Notes under the pieces: generated by a model | Seen by the model: only the letters and a program-made list of their open reading frames with translations | Database searches by the model: none | What the model was told of the DNA's origin: nothing | Shown: positions 1 through 9,158 of the stretch, piece after piece | Layout: each line of letters starts with the position of its first letter | Numbering within the stretch: position 1 is the first letter of the stretch | Assembly (NCBI GenBank): GCA_946186375.1 | Contig: CAMHMZ010000009.1 | Span: 1,419 to 65,418 of the forward strand | Origin: an uncultured Clostridia bacterium | Lineage (GTDB): Bacteria; Bacillota; Clostridia; Oscillospirales; Oscillospiraceae | Direction of reading: 5' to 3' | Length of the DNA stretch: 64,000 bases | Position numbers and translations under genes: made by a program

Positions 1-241
1 AGAGGAAGCTTTCGGGGACGCGCTCATCGTCCGGCTCCATGCCCAGAAGCCCCGCCACGAGCGCCCGGTCGGTGCCGTGGCCGCGTCCGGTGGCCGCAAA
101 GGAGCCGTGCAGCAGCAGCTCCGCCTCCTCGGGCTGCCCGCCCAGGAGCTTCCGGGAAACGAGCCCGATGCGCACGGCGCCCGCCGTGTGCGAGCTCGAG
201 GGGCCGACCATCACCGGCCCGATCAGATCGAAAACGTTCAT
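1..241 (-). CDS. sdaAB: L-serine dehydratase, iron-sulfur dependent, beta subunit (N-terminal part; gene continues past the left window edge)
   Basis: Open-ended, so absent from the ORF track. Reverse-strand ATG at 239-241 with AGGAGAG upstream. My translation [26 protein letters not shown]...[23 protein letters not shown] matches the conserved SdaAB N-terminus. Confidence 0.7.
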   Translation of the reverse strand, partial: MNVFDLIGPVMVGPSSSHTAGAVRIGLVSRKLLGGQPEEAELLLHGSFAATGRGHGTDRALVAGLLGMEPDDERVPESFL

Positions 242-281
242 CTCTGCCTCTCCTGTAGCCCGGTATTTTTTCTGAAACCTG

Positions 282-1562
282 TCACTCCGCGCCGGTGACG
301 GTGACGCCCGCGAGGCGCGTCAGCGCCGGGATGCGGATGCTGTTATACTGCCTCAAGGCGGCGGAAAGACGCATGTCTTTCACAAAATCGTTCATCGAGC
401 CGGAGAGGGAGCCGCCGGTCACGGGCGTGACGGTATCGCCGTCGTGCCAGTAGGCCAGGCGGATCTCGCCGAAGATGTCGCCGGTCAGGGCGTCCACCTG
501 AAAATCGGAAAACTCCACGGCCTCCAGATAGGCCCCGCTTCTCAGCTCCTCCTCGCTGTGCGTGCCGCCGCTGACGGAGATGTTCGTGGGCATGAAGGAG
601 TCCTCCAGGCCGAGATAGGACGAGAACATCCGGTTGCCGACAAAATGCACCGGCACGCTCTCCTCCAGCAGCGTCAGATCCCGGATGGGCGCGCCCTCCG
701 GGTCATAGCGGCGGTTGCGGGAGGAATTGGGCAGCTCGCGCACGGCCTTCACCGTGACCTTGTCCCCGCGGATGTCCTCGGCAATGGGCTTAAAGAGCTC
801 CCAGTCGCTCATGCGGCGATAGACCATCTGCGCGTTGACGCGGTCGGCAAAGTACCGGTACAGCTCCGCGGCCGCTTTACTGCCGAACAGCACGTCCGCC
901 CGGCCCAGCGCGGGCGTGGGAACGGCGCGCAGCCGGTCGCGCCCGCAGCGCATGCTGCGCTCCAGGTCTTCCCGCAGCGCCTGCGCGTCGCAGCCGCCGG
1001 CATAGGTTGCGCGGTAGAGCTCGATCTCGCGCTCCCCGTCGCGGGCGTTGACCACGGTCTCCAGCATGCTCTCCGGCCAGCTCTCGGTGACGTCGACGCC
1101 CTCGGAATTGAGGAAGCGCCGCGTCTTGGCGGAGACGAAGAGCTCATAGCTGTTGACGTCCTCGGTCTCCGTCTCCGGCAGGCTCCGGACCGTCTCCAGG
1201 AAGCTGCGCGCGATGGCGGGCACGTCGATCGCCGGCTCCTCCGCCGCCTCCGCCGGGGCGGGGCCGCGGAGCGTATAGGGCTTGTTTTTCACGAGCGTGG
1301 CGCGGTAGGCCAGATCCGCTACGAGCTTTTCGGCCTCCGCGCGGGAGGCGGTCACCGGCAGCTGCGCCGAGGCGCTGCCCAGAGATGCGCCGTCCTCGCT
1401 GAGCTGGAAGACCTTGAGCGTGATCTCCTCAAGCTTCTTGGCGCGGTTCTGATCGAGGGCGTGGCGGATGAAATAAAACTCCCAGCCCTCCTCCTGCACA
1501 GCGCTCAGCTCCCAGGCCGTCACGCCGGATTTCTTCAAAATCTCAACAACGGTTTCCAGCAT
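282..1562 (-). CDS. TldD/PmbA-family protein, PmbA(TldE)-like partner subunit
   Basis: ORF 282..1619. Start moved to ATG 1560-1562 ([11 protein letters not shown]), which overlaps the upstream stop by 1 nt. Length and composition fit the PmbA/TldD family. It lacks the HExxxH motif found in its neighbour. Confidence 0.75.
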   Translation of the reverse strand: MLETVVEILKKSGVTAWELSAVQEEGWEFYFIRHALDQNRAKKLEEITLKVFQLSEDGASLGSASAQLPVTASRAEAEKLVADLAYRATLVKNKPYTLRGPAPAEAAEEPAIDVPAIARSFLETVRSLPETETEDVNSYELFVSAKTRRFLNSEGVDVTESWPESMLETVVNARDGEREIELYRATYAGGCDAQALREDLERSMRCGRDRLRAVPTPALGRADVLFGSKAAAELYRYFADRVNAQMVYRRMSDWELFKPIAEDIRGDKVTVKAVRELPNSSRNRRYDPEGAPIRDLTLLEESVPVHFVGNRMFSSYLGLEDSFMPTNISVSGGTHSEEELRSGAYLEAVEFSDFQVDALTGDIFGEIRLAYWHDGDTVTPVTGGSLSGSMNDFVKDMRLSAALRQYNSIRIPALTRLAGVTVTGAE

Positions 1563-2995
1563 CAGCCCAGCCTCGCTTTCGTCTTCAGATAGGGGCCGCC
1601 GTCGGCCACCTTGACCCATTCCTTATAGCCCTTGCCGCAGCCGCCGGCGCCGAAGACCTCGCGGTCGGAAGAACGCATGGAGATGCTGCCCAGCAGCTCC
1701 GGCACGTAGCCCGTCATGATGATGGGCGCCACGATGCGGCCCGTGAGTCTGCCGTCTTTGATCTCGCGGCCGAGCTTGATGATGCACTGGATGCCCCAGT
1801 GCTTGGGATCCTCCATCCCGCTCTCCATGCCCTCGAGGAGATAGCCGTGGCTGATGGAGGCGATCATGTCCTCGAGCGTGTCGTCGCCGGAGTCAAAGAT
1901 CGTGTTGGTCATGCGGGTGTAGGCCTTGTGCGCGAAGTTCTCGCGCTTGCCGTTGCCGGTCGGGGCCGTGCCGAGGCGCAGCGCACTCAGGGCGTCGCAG
2001 ATGCCGGTCTGCAGGATGCCGTCCTTGATCTCGGTCACGTCTCCGGCGAGCGTGCCCTCGTCATCGAAGGCAAAGCTCGTCACGTCCTCGGCGCAGAGGG
2101 CGCCCTCGTGCATGGTGACAAGGTCGCTGCCCACGCGCTTGCCGAGGTAAGCCGCGCCGAGCGCGCGGTTTTTGACGAACATGTCCATCTCCACGCCGTG
2201 GCCGAAGGCCTCGTGCGCGATGAGGCCCGTCACCTCGGGCGAGGTGATGACCTCGTATTCGCCCGGCTCGATGCGCCCGGCGTCAAGCAGCTCCTCGCCG
2301 ACGCGCACGACGCGCTCGAGCTTGCCCTCCAGCTGCTCGAAGAGCTCCGGGCCGCAGAGGCCGGAGACGCTGTCGTAGCTGAACTGGGTGTTCCCGTCGC
2401 GAGAGAGGATGGCAGAGAGGGAGCCCTCGCTGTAGACGTAGCTCTGCGCGAGATCGCGCTTTTCGGTCAGAAACAGCTTGCTGATGTGCGTGGACTGGGC
2501 GCGCAGCGCGCAGTCGAGCATGTGTTCCGAGAGCGTCATGCCCCGGTCGGAGAGCGCCGTGAGCTTTTCAACGAGGGCCTTCACGTCCGCCTCCTCGGGC
2601 AGCTGCCGCGTCTCCTTTTCGACAAAGAGCGTCTGCTCCTCGTCCGGCAGGGCCGGGGTGTCGTAGGGGGCGACGCCCAGCGCGTCGAGCAGAGCCTGCT
2701 GCTTTTCGAGCGCGGCGCGGATCTCCTCCGCCGCCTTCTCCGGCGCTGTTGGGTCGAAGTCGTCGAGGGCGTACTCGCGGTACTGCCCCTCCTTCCACAG
2801 GCGCAGCACGACGCCGCGCTCCGTGGTCATGGTCTCGCTCGAAACCGAGCGGGCGCGCTGTGAGATGCTCACGGTCAGGCCGCGGGAGTCCGTCGCCAGG
2901 GCACTGACATAGTCATAGTCGCGCCGCAGCAGGGCGATGAGCTGCCGCAGGCCCGGCTTGAGCGCCTGCAGATAGCTGGAAAACGGTGCTTTCAT
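1562..2995 (-). CDS. tldD: TldD-family zinc metalloprotease
   Basis: ORF 1562..3010. Start at ATG 2993-2995 (MKAPFSSYL) behind GGAGA. Contains HEAFGHGVE (HExxxH) and a glycine-rich C-terminal block typical of TldD. Confidence 0.85.
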   Translation of the reverse strand: MKAPFSSYLQALKPGLRQLIALLRRDYDYVSALATDSRGLTVSISQRARSVSSETMTTERGVVLRLWKEGQYREYALDDFDPTAPEKAAEEIRAALEKQQALLDALGVAPYDTPALPDEEQTLFVEKETRQLPEEADVKALVEKLTALSDRGMTLSEHMLDCALRAQSTHISKLFLTEKRDLAQSYVYSEGSLSAILSRDGNTQFSYDSVSGLCGPELFEQLEGKLERVVRVGEELLDAGRIEPGEYEVITSPEVTGLIAHEAFGHGVEMDMFVKNRALGAAYLGKRVGSDLVTMHEGALCAEDVTSFAFDDEGTLAGDVTEIKDGILQTGICDALSALRLGTAPTGNGKRENFAHKAYTRMTNTIFDSGDDTLEDMIASISHGYLLEGMESGMEDPKHWGIQCIIKLGREIKDGRLTGRIVAPIIMTGYVPELLGSISMRSSDREVFGAGGCGKGYKEWVKVADGGPYLKTKARLG

Positions 2996-3033
2996 ACGAT
3001 CTCCTTTCAAGAAAAATCGGAATGCGGGGGATA

Positions 3034-3304
3034 GTCTTCAGTTTTCAGAATTCAGTTTTCAGAAAAGAGAAACGGGGATTTAGCGAGGAATTCGGAATTC
3101 GGAATGCGGAATTCGGAATACAGGGAAAACGAGGGATAGAACGAGGAAAGTGACGTCCACGCCGTAGGGGCGGCTACCAGCCGCCCGCCAACTCTGTACC
3201 ATGTCCGCGGGCGGCTGATAGCCGCCCCTACGACATCATTTCAAACTCAGCGACAAACTCCAATTTGTCGCTCTCCTGAAAACTGAAAACTGACTTCTGA
3301 AAAC
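3034..3304 (-). repeat. modular MITE/BOX-like intergenic element, copy R1 (module H1 only)
   Basis: TTTTCAG-based terminal inverted repeats, a GAATTCG heptamer array and the hairpin CGTAGGGGCGGCT..AGCCGCCCCTACG. Its reverse complement aligns along its length with 48953..49232. Confidence 0.85.
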
Positions 3305-5143
3305 TCACTCAACGGTGACGGATTTGGCGAGGTTGCGGGGCTTGTCGATGTCGCAGCCGCGCTGCAGCGCCACGTAGTAGGCGAACAGCTGCATCGGGAT
3401 GATGCCCAGCGAGGGCTCCAGGATGGGGTGCGTGTCCGGGACGGTGAGCACGTGCTCCACCGTGCGGCGCAGATCCTGCGCCCGGCTCTCCGTCGTGAGG
3501 GCCAGCACGTCCGCCCCGCGCGACTGCACCTCCACGATGTTCGACAGCGCCTTGTCGAACAGCGGCGTATAGGTCCCCAGCGCCACGACGAGCGTGCCCG
3601 GCTCGATCAGCGAGATGGTCCCGTGCTTCAGTTCGCCCGAGGCGTAGGCCTCGGAGTGGACGTAGCTGATCTCCTTGAGCTTCAGGCTGCTCTCGAGCCC
3701 GAGGGCGTAGTCGAGGTTGCGGCCGATATAGAAGACGGAATCGTGGTTAAAGTAGCGCGAGGCGAGGTATTTGATCTTCTCTGTGTCCTCCAGCACGCTC
3801 TCCATGCGCGCGGGCAGGGCCTGCAGCTCGGACAGGAGCAGCGCGTAGTCGGCGGAGGAGACGCTGCCGCGCGTCTCGGCAAAGAAGAGGCCCAGCATGT
3901 CCAGCAGCACGAGCTGCGTGCTGTAGGCCTTCGTGGTGGCCACGGCGATCTCGGGCCCGGCCCAGGTGTACAGCACCTCGTCCGACTCGCGGGCGATGGA
4001 GCTGCCGACGACGTTCACGATCGAAAGCACCGTCGCGCCGAGGGACTTGGCCAGGCGCAGCGCCGCCATCGAGTCGAGCGTCTCGCCCGACTGGGAGATG
4101 ACAATGACGAGCGAGCCGGGGCCGACGAGCGGGTCGGCATAGCGAAACTCTGAGGCGAGCGCCACCTCCACCGGCACTCGCAGCAGCCGCTCGAGGTTGT
4201 ATTTGCCGACGACGCCCACATGGTAGGAGGAGCCGCAGGCGACGATGAAGATCCTCTCCAGGCTGCGGATAAAGTCCGCGCCGAGCTTCAGCTCGTCGAA
4301 GACGACGCGCCCGTCCCGGATGCGGGGGGAGATGGTCTTGCGCACGGCCTCGGGCTGCTCCATGATCTCCTTGAACATGAAGTGCTCATAGCCGCCCTTC
4401 TCCGCCGCGCTCACATCCCAGTCGACGATCCGGTGCTCCTTCTCCACACGGCGGCCCATGGCGTCGTACACGACGATCTCGTCGGCGGAGACGACGGCGA
4501 CCTCGCCGTCCTCCATGTAGGAGACCTCGCGCGTGTGGCGCAGCAGCGCCGTCACGTCCGAGGCGATGAAGCTGCAGCCCTCGCCGTAGCCGAGCAGCAG
4601 CGGCGCGTCCTTGCGCGCGGCGATGAAGCGGTCGGGCGTTTCGAGGCACAGGATCCCCAGCGCATAGGCGCCCTCGAGGCGGTGCAGGGTCTTGTATACG
4701 GCGTCCATCAGATCCCCGCTGCGCAGATAATAGTAGTCCATCAGCTGCGCGACGACCTCCGTGTCCGTGTCGGAGCAGAAGACCGTCCCCTGGCTCGTCA
4801 GAAACTCCTTGAGCTCGAGGTAATTCTCGATGATGCCGTTGTGTACGACGGCGATCCGGCCGCTCTGGCTCAGATGCGGATGGGAGTTGACGTCGTTGGG
4901 CTCGCCGTGCGTGGCCCAGCGGGTGTGCCCGATGCCGACGCAGCCGTCGAGACTGCGCCCGCCGTCGGTGAGCGCCTCCAGCACCTTCAGCCGCCCCTTG
5001 GACTTTCTGACCTGCAGCCCGCGCTCCGGGGACACCACGGCGACGCCCGCCGAGTCATAGCCCCGGTATTCCAGGCGCTCCAGCCCCTCCAGCAGGATGG
5101 GCGCGGCCTGCTCGCTGCCGGCAAAGCCGACGATCCCGCACAT
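3305..5143 (-). CDS. glmS: glutamine--fructose-6-phosphate aminotransferase (isomerizing)
   Basis: ORF 3305..5299 trimmed to ATG 5141-5143, giving MCGIVGF (Cys2 nucleophile), behind GAGGAGG. Two SIS-like regions. C-terminus ends ...KPRNLAKSVTVE. Confidence 0.95.
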   Translation of the reverse strand: MCGIVGFAGSEQAAPILLEGLERLEYRGYDSAGVAVVSPERGLQVRKSKGRLKVLEALTDGGRSLDGCVGIGHTRWATHGEPNDVNSHPHLSQSGRIAVVHNGIIENYLELKEFLTSQGTVFCSDTDTEVVAQLMDYYYLRSGDLMDAVYKTLHRLEGAYALGILCLETPDRFIAARKDAPLLLGYGEGCSFIASDVTALLRHTREVSYMEDGEVAVVSADEIVVYDAMGRRVEKEHRIVDWDVSAAEKGGYEHFMFKEIMEQPEAVRKTISPRIRDGRVVFDELKLGADFIRSLERIFIVACGSSYHVGVVGKYNLERLLRVPVEVALASEFRYADPLVGPGSLVIVISQSGETLDSMAALRLAKSLGATVLSIVNVVGSSIARESDEVLYTWAGPEIAVATTKAYSTQLVLLDMLGLFFAETRGSVSSADYALLLSELQALPARMESVLEDTEKIKYLASRYFNHDSVFYIGRNLDYALGLESSLKLKEISYVHSEAYASGELKHGTISLIEPGTLVVALGTYTPLFDKALSNIVEVQSRGADVLALTTESRAQDLRRTVEHVLTVPDTHPILEPSLGIIPMQLFAYYVALQRGCDIDKPRNLAKSVTVE

Positions 5144-5157
5144 AAGCAAAACCTCCT

Positions 5158-5197
5158 CACAAAAACAAGACCCGGGATCACAGCAGCGATCCCGGGC
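5158..5197 (-). terminator. intrinsic terminator-like hairpin downstream of plsY, inside the glmS leader
   Basis: Reverse strand reads GCCCGGGATC-GCTGCTGT-GATCCCGGGTCTTGTTTTT. Confidence 0.6.
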
Positions 5198-5234
5198 AAA
5201 GTATAACACAGCCTCCCGCCCGGCGCAAGAAAAG

Positions 5235-5897
5235 TCAGAGCTTCTCCTCCTCATCGATATAGCCGATGCGCTCGAGCTCCTTCTGCTTGTTGAACACAAA
5301 GCTCAATCTCAGCTCCTGCCCGTCCCGGATACGGCGAAAATTCGTCATATGCTTGCAGAGGATCGGCAAAAAGGGCACGGCGAGGATGCAGGCGCCCGGC
5401 AGGAAGCGCGTCACGAGCCAGTAATAGAGCGGGAAAATGGCGGACATGGAGACCGTGACGATGCAGACGTAGTTGGTGAGCACGCCGATCAGCAGCGCGA
5501 TGCCCAGCATCAGCAGCAGCGTGCGCGGATTGTAGGCCAGCACCAGCCCGCCGAGGCAGGCCAGCCCCCGCCCGCCGTGAAAACGCAGAAAGACAGGGAA
5601 CATGTGCCCCAGCAGACAGGCCACGCCCGCCAGAGGTCCGGCGACGGCCAGCTCCGGGAACAGCGCCTCACAGATCCACCAGGCGGCGGCCGCCTTGAGG
5701 ATGTCCAGCAGCGCCACGGCCAGCCCCGCGAGCTTTCCGGCCATGATGACCGTGTTGGAGGCGCCGGCATTGCCCGAGCCGCTCTGCCGCACGTCGTAGC
5801 CGCGCAGCCTGCCGATGAGATACGAGGGGCTCAGACAGCCGAGCAGATAGCCGCCCAGCACGCAGACGGCAAGCTTTCCGAAGAGTGTCACGGTCAT
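5235..5897 (-). CDS. plsY: glycerol-3-phosphate acyltransferase PlsY
   Basis: 220-aa polytopic membrane protein with a SGSGNAGASN motif (PlsY GSGNxGxTN block). AAGGAGA RBS. Confidence 0.9.
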   Translation of the reverse strand: MTVTLFGKLAVCVLGGYLLGCLSPSYLIGRLRGYDVRQSGSGNAGASNTVIMAGKLAGLAVALLDILKAAAAWWICEALFPELAVAGPLAGVACLLGHMFPVFLRFHGGRGLACLGGLVLAYNPRTLLLMLGIALLIGVLTNYVCIVTVSMSAIFPLYYWLVTRFLPGACILAVPFLPILCKHMTNFRRIRDGQELRLSFVFNKQKELERIGYIDEEEKL

Positions 5898-5926
5898 GTC
5901 TCCTTTTTATGATGTACCAAAAGTCT

Positions 5927-6757
5927 TTACAAAATGCTTCGAATGACCTGCGCCAGCCCCGCCTCGTTATTCGAGGGGGCGACGAGATCCGCCCCGGCCT
6001 TGACGGCGGGCGAGGCGTTTCCCATCGCCGCGCCGCAGCCGGCCGCGCGCAGCAGAGAGAGGTCGTTCGTGCCGTCGCCGAAGGCGAGTGTCTCACGGAC
6101 GTCCAGCGACAAAAGCGCGCAGAGGCGGCGCAGGGCATCGCCCTTGTTGGCCGCGGCGGCGTTGATCTCGATGTTCGTGGGGACAGAGCTCGTCACCGCG
6201 AGCGCGGGGAAGCGCTCCGGCAGCTCAAGCAGCAGGCGCTGACGCAGCGCCTCGTCCTTCGTGTGCAGCTGCAGCTTCTGCACGCCCGCGCCCTTTTCGG
6301 CCAGAAGCTGCCGCAGCGAGGGCACCGGCGTGCGCACCCGCCGCAGAAGCTCCAGGATGCCGGGGTCGGCGATATAGTCGGCGGCGCTGTCGTAGAAGGC
6401 GCTGTCGATGAAGCCCCACTCGTCCTGATAGCAGTCATAGAGCACCGGAAAGCCGGACAGATAGTCGATGACCTCCAGCGCCAGCGGCGCCGGGATCTCC
6501 TCCCGGCCGACGGCGCGCCCCTCTGCAAAGTCGTACAGGAGCGCTCCGTTGACGAGGATCCCCCAGCGCAGACCGGGCAGGGCCCGCAGCACTTCGGGCA
6601 GGCCAGCGGGGATGCGCCCCGTCGCGGGCACGAGCCAGAGCCCGCGCTCGCCCGCCGCGCGCAGCGCGGAGAGGTTTTCCTCCGGCACGCGCTTGTCATC
6701 GTCCAGGAGCGTCCCGTCCAGGTCGAAGGCGATCAATTTGAAAACGGTCTTTTCCAT
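5927..6757 (-). CDS. Cof-type HAD-IIB family hydrolase
   Basis: N-terminal FDLDGTLL motif and C-terminal GDGTNDLSLL motif. 276 aa. Confidence 0.85.
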   Translation of the reverse strand: MEKTVFKLIAFDLDGTLLDDDKRVPEENLSALRAAGERGLWLVPATGRIPAGLPEVLRALPGLRWGILVNGALLYDFAEGRAVGREEIPAPLALEVIDYLSGFPVLYDCYQDEWGFIDSAFYDSAADYIADPGILELLRRVRTPVPSLRQLLAEKGAGVQKLQLHTKDEALRQRLLLELPERFPALAVTSSVPTNIEINAAAANKGDALRRLCALLSLDVRETLAFGDGTNDLSLLRAAGCGAAMGNASPAVKAGADLVAPSNNEAGLAQVIRSIL

Positions 6758-6794
6758 ATCCGTAAAGCGTGCAAACGCCTGCCTCTGCAGGTGC

Positions 6795-7772
6795 TTACGC
6801 GTTATCCTCCCGCGTTTCTCCCTCCGCCGGCGCGTCGTAGGCGGCGAAAAAGTCGCGGATCACGCCGAAGAGCTCGCGCGTCATGCCGTGAAGGCCGTTG
6901 TCGCGGTTGTAGTAGGCGCAGACTGCGTCGATCCCGGGCAGGTAGGGCAGGGGGAAGACGTAGATGTTTTTCAGATAGTTTTCGCGCATTTCCGGATCCA
7001 GCGCGTCCCAGAAGATCCTCGCGTAGATAAAGACGCCGAGCCCGCTGTTGGCCAGCTGGAAGGCGTTTTCGATGTTTGTCAGCTCGCAGATGAAGCGCGG
7101 GCTGAGGTCGTAATATTTCAGATAGCTGCGCAGCGTGCGCCCGCCCGAGGACTGCCGGGGGATGCGGATGAAGGGTGCGGAGGCGAAGAAGGGCAGCTCG
7201 GCGCTTTTTGAAAAGCGCGAGAGCAGCTCCTCGCGGCGCTCGCCGGCCAGGCTGTCGAAGATCGGCTTCGGCACGACCAGCAGCTGCTCCTTGCGGCACA
7301 GCGGCACGGCCTCGAAGCGCGCCGGGGTGCTGCCGAGCGAGCCGATGGCCAGGTCGACTCCCTCGTAGGAGATCGTCTTCTGGATCTCCTCCGGGGACTC
7401 CTCGCTCAGCTTCAGATAGACCTCCGGGTGCTCGCGCAAAAAGTCCGGCAGGACATGGGGCAGGATGGCCCGGGCCAGCGTATGCTCGATGCCGAGATGC
7501 ACGAACTGCGCGCCGCTGAAGCTGCGGCTGGAGTTTTCGTCGAACTGGCGCTTGAGCCGCAGCATCTGGCGTGCCGTCTGCAGAAACTGCGCCCCGTCCG
7601 GCGTCAGGCTGAGCGGGCGGCTGCGGATCAGCAGCGTGGTCCCCAGCTCCTCCTCCAGCCGGGCGATCTGCTTGGAGAGCGCCTGCTGGCTCATCAGCAG
7701 GTTTTTGGCCGCGGAGGAGAAGCTTTTTTCCTCCGCCACGGCGATGAAGCTGTTCAGGTGAGATAGATCCAT
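6795..7772 (-). CDS. LysR family transcriptional regulator
   Basis: N-terminal wHTH MDLSHLNSFIAVAEEKSFSSAAKNLLMSQQALSKQIARLEEELG. Divergent from the TRAP transporter genes. Confidence 0.9.
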   Translation of the reverse strand: MDLSHLNSFIAVAEEKSFSSAAKNLLMSQQALSKQIARLEEELGTTLLIRSRPLSLTPDGAQFLQTARQMLRLKRQFDENSSRSFSGAQFVHLGIEHTLARAILPHVLPDFLREHPEVYLKLSEESPEEIQKTISYEGVDLAIGSLGSTPARFEAVPLCRKEQLLVVPKPIFDSLAGERREELLSRFSKSAELPFFASAPFIRIPRQSSGGRTLRSYLKYYDLSPRFICELTNIENAFQLANSGLGVFIYARIFWDALDPEMRENYLKNIYVFPLPYLPGIDAVCAYYNRDNGLHGMTRELFGVIRDFFAAYDAPAEGETREDNA

Positions 7773-8047
7773 AACGGGCCTCGGTGATCAGAAAGTGTAA
7801 AAAAACATGAATTTTGTCGAAAAGCGCCTTGCTTTTTGAAGAGAAGATCCGGTTCAGCGGCGGCCTTTGGAGCTTTTCCATAAAAGGATCGCCGATTTGC
7901 CGCGCTAAACCGTCAAAACAGCAAAAATCCGGGGAGCCCCTTGCGCTTATCAACTTTTGGTTGTAGTATAACATCACATTGGGCGTAAATCAAGAGCGTC
8001 CTGTCTTTCCGAAAAAAGAAAAAAGAATGATAATGGAGGTAATCCCC

Positions 8048-9055
8048 ATGAAGAAGATCCTTGCCATGCTGCTTGCTCTGTGCATGGTGTTCGCACTCGC
8101 CGCCTGCGGTCAGTCCGCGGCTCCCGCGGCCGGCGACGCCGGCACTGCGTCCGAGGGCCTCGGCCCGAAGGACGGCGGCTCCAGCATCACCTTCACCACC
8201 GGCGGCGAAGCCGGCACCTACTTTGCCTTCGGCGGCGTCATGGCCCAGAAGGTCAGCGAGGTCACCAGCTCCAAGGTGACCGCCATCACCTCGGGCGGCT
8301 CCAAGGCCAACATCGAGGCCCTCGAGATGGGCGACGCGCAGCTGGGCTTCACCCAGTCCGACGTCCTCTCCTATGGCTACACCGGCGCCCGCCTCTTCGA
8401 GGAGACCGGCGCGGTCAGCAACATCTCCACCGTCGCGGCTCTGTACATGGAGCAGGTGCAGATCGTCACCCTCGACCCGAACATCAAGTCCGTCTTTGAT
8501 CTCAAGGGCAAGTCCGTCTCCATCGGCGCGGCCGGCTCCGGCGTGTACTTCAACGCCATCGACGTCCTCGGTGCCTACGGCCTGACCGAGAACGACATCA
8601 AGCCCACCTACCAGAGCTTCGCTGACAGCGCCGAGGCGCTGCAGGACGGCCAGATCGACGCCGCGTTCGTCGTGGCCGGCGCTCCCACCACCGCCGTCAC
8701 CTCACTGGCCGCCACTCAGGACGTGTATCTGGTCAGCCTGGACGACGAGCAGATCAACGCGCTGATCTCCCTGTCCCCCTACTACACCAAGAACATCATC
8801 CCCGCCTCCGCCTACGGTCTGGATAACGACGTGGTCACCGTCGCTGTCGGCGCGGTCGTCATCGCCCGCGACGACGTCTCCGACGCGGACGTGTACAACT
8901 TCCTCTACGGCGTGTTCGAGAACCTCGACAGCCTGGCCCACGACAAGGCCAGCGAGCTGAGCCTCGAGTTTGCCGCCTCCGTCACCGACGTCCCGTATCA
9001 CCCGGGCGCCGCCGCCTACTTTGCCGACAAGGGCATCGAGGTCCCCACGAAATAA
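8048..9055 (+). CDS. TAXI-family TRAP transporter solute-binding lipoprotein
   Basis: ORF 7979..9055 trimmed to ATG 8048 behind GGAGG. Lipobox LALAACG. TTGGEAGTYFAFGG block typical of TAXI receptors. Confidence 0.85.
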   Translation: MKKILAMLLALCMVFALAACGQSAAPAAGDAGTASEGLGPKDGGSSITFTTGGEAGTYFAFGGVMAQKVSEVTSSKVTAITSGGSKANIEALEMGDAQLGFTQSDVLSYGYTGARLFEETGAVSNISTVAALYMEQVQIVTLDPNIKSVFDLKGKSVSIGAAGSGVYFNAIDVLGAYGLTENDIKPTYQSFADSAEALQDGQIDAAFVVAGAPTTAVTSLAATQDVYLVSLDDEQINALISLSPYYTKNIIPASAYGLDNDVVTVAVGAVVIARDDVSDADVYNFLYGVFENLDSLAHDKASELSLEFAASVTDVPYHPGAAAYFADKGIEVPTK

Positions 9056-9076
9056 GCTCAGGCTGTAATACCGATA

Positions 9077-9104
9077 CGGCCCGCATCCTTCGGGATGCGG
9101 GCCG
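9077..9104 (+). terminator. intercistronic stem-loop after the TAXI receptor gene (possible partial terminator or mRNA stabiliser)
   Basis: CGGCCCGCATCC-TTCG-GGATGCGGGCCG with a weak T-tract. Confidence 0.35.
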
Positions 9105-9158
9105 CGTCGCCATTCTTGTCAGCCCGCCGCGCCCGGCGGAGAAAGGAGAGATCAGCAT

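Noticed and set aside
3305-5299. Long N-terminal extensions offered by the ORF track (glmS from 5299, guaA-like from 25354, GDPD from 42946, mnmA from 62248, among others)
   Set aside because: Conserved protein N-termini (MCGIVGF, MADNK..SGGVDSS, MITAHSG, MRAAIAMSGGVDSS) coincide with internal ATGs that have proper RBSs. The extensions overlap upstream genes or are Arg/Pro/Ala-rich.
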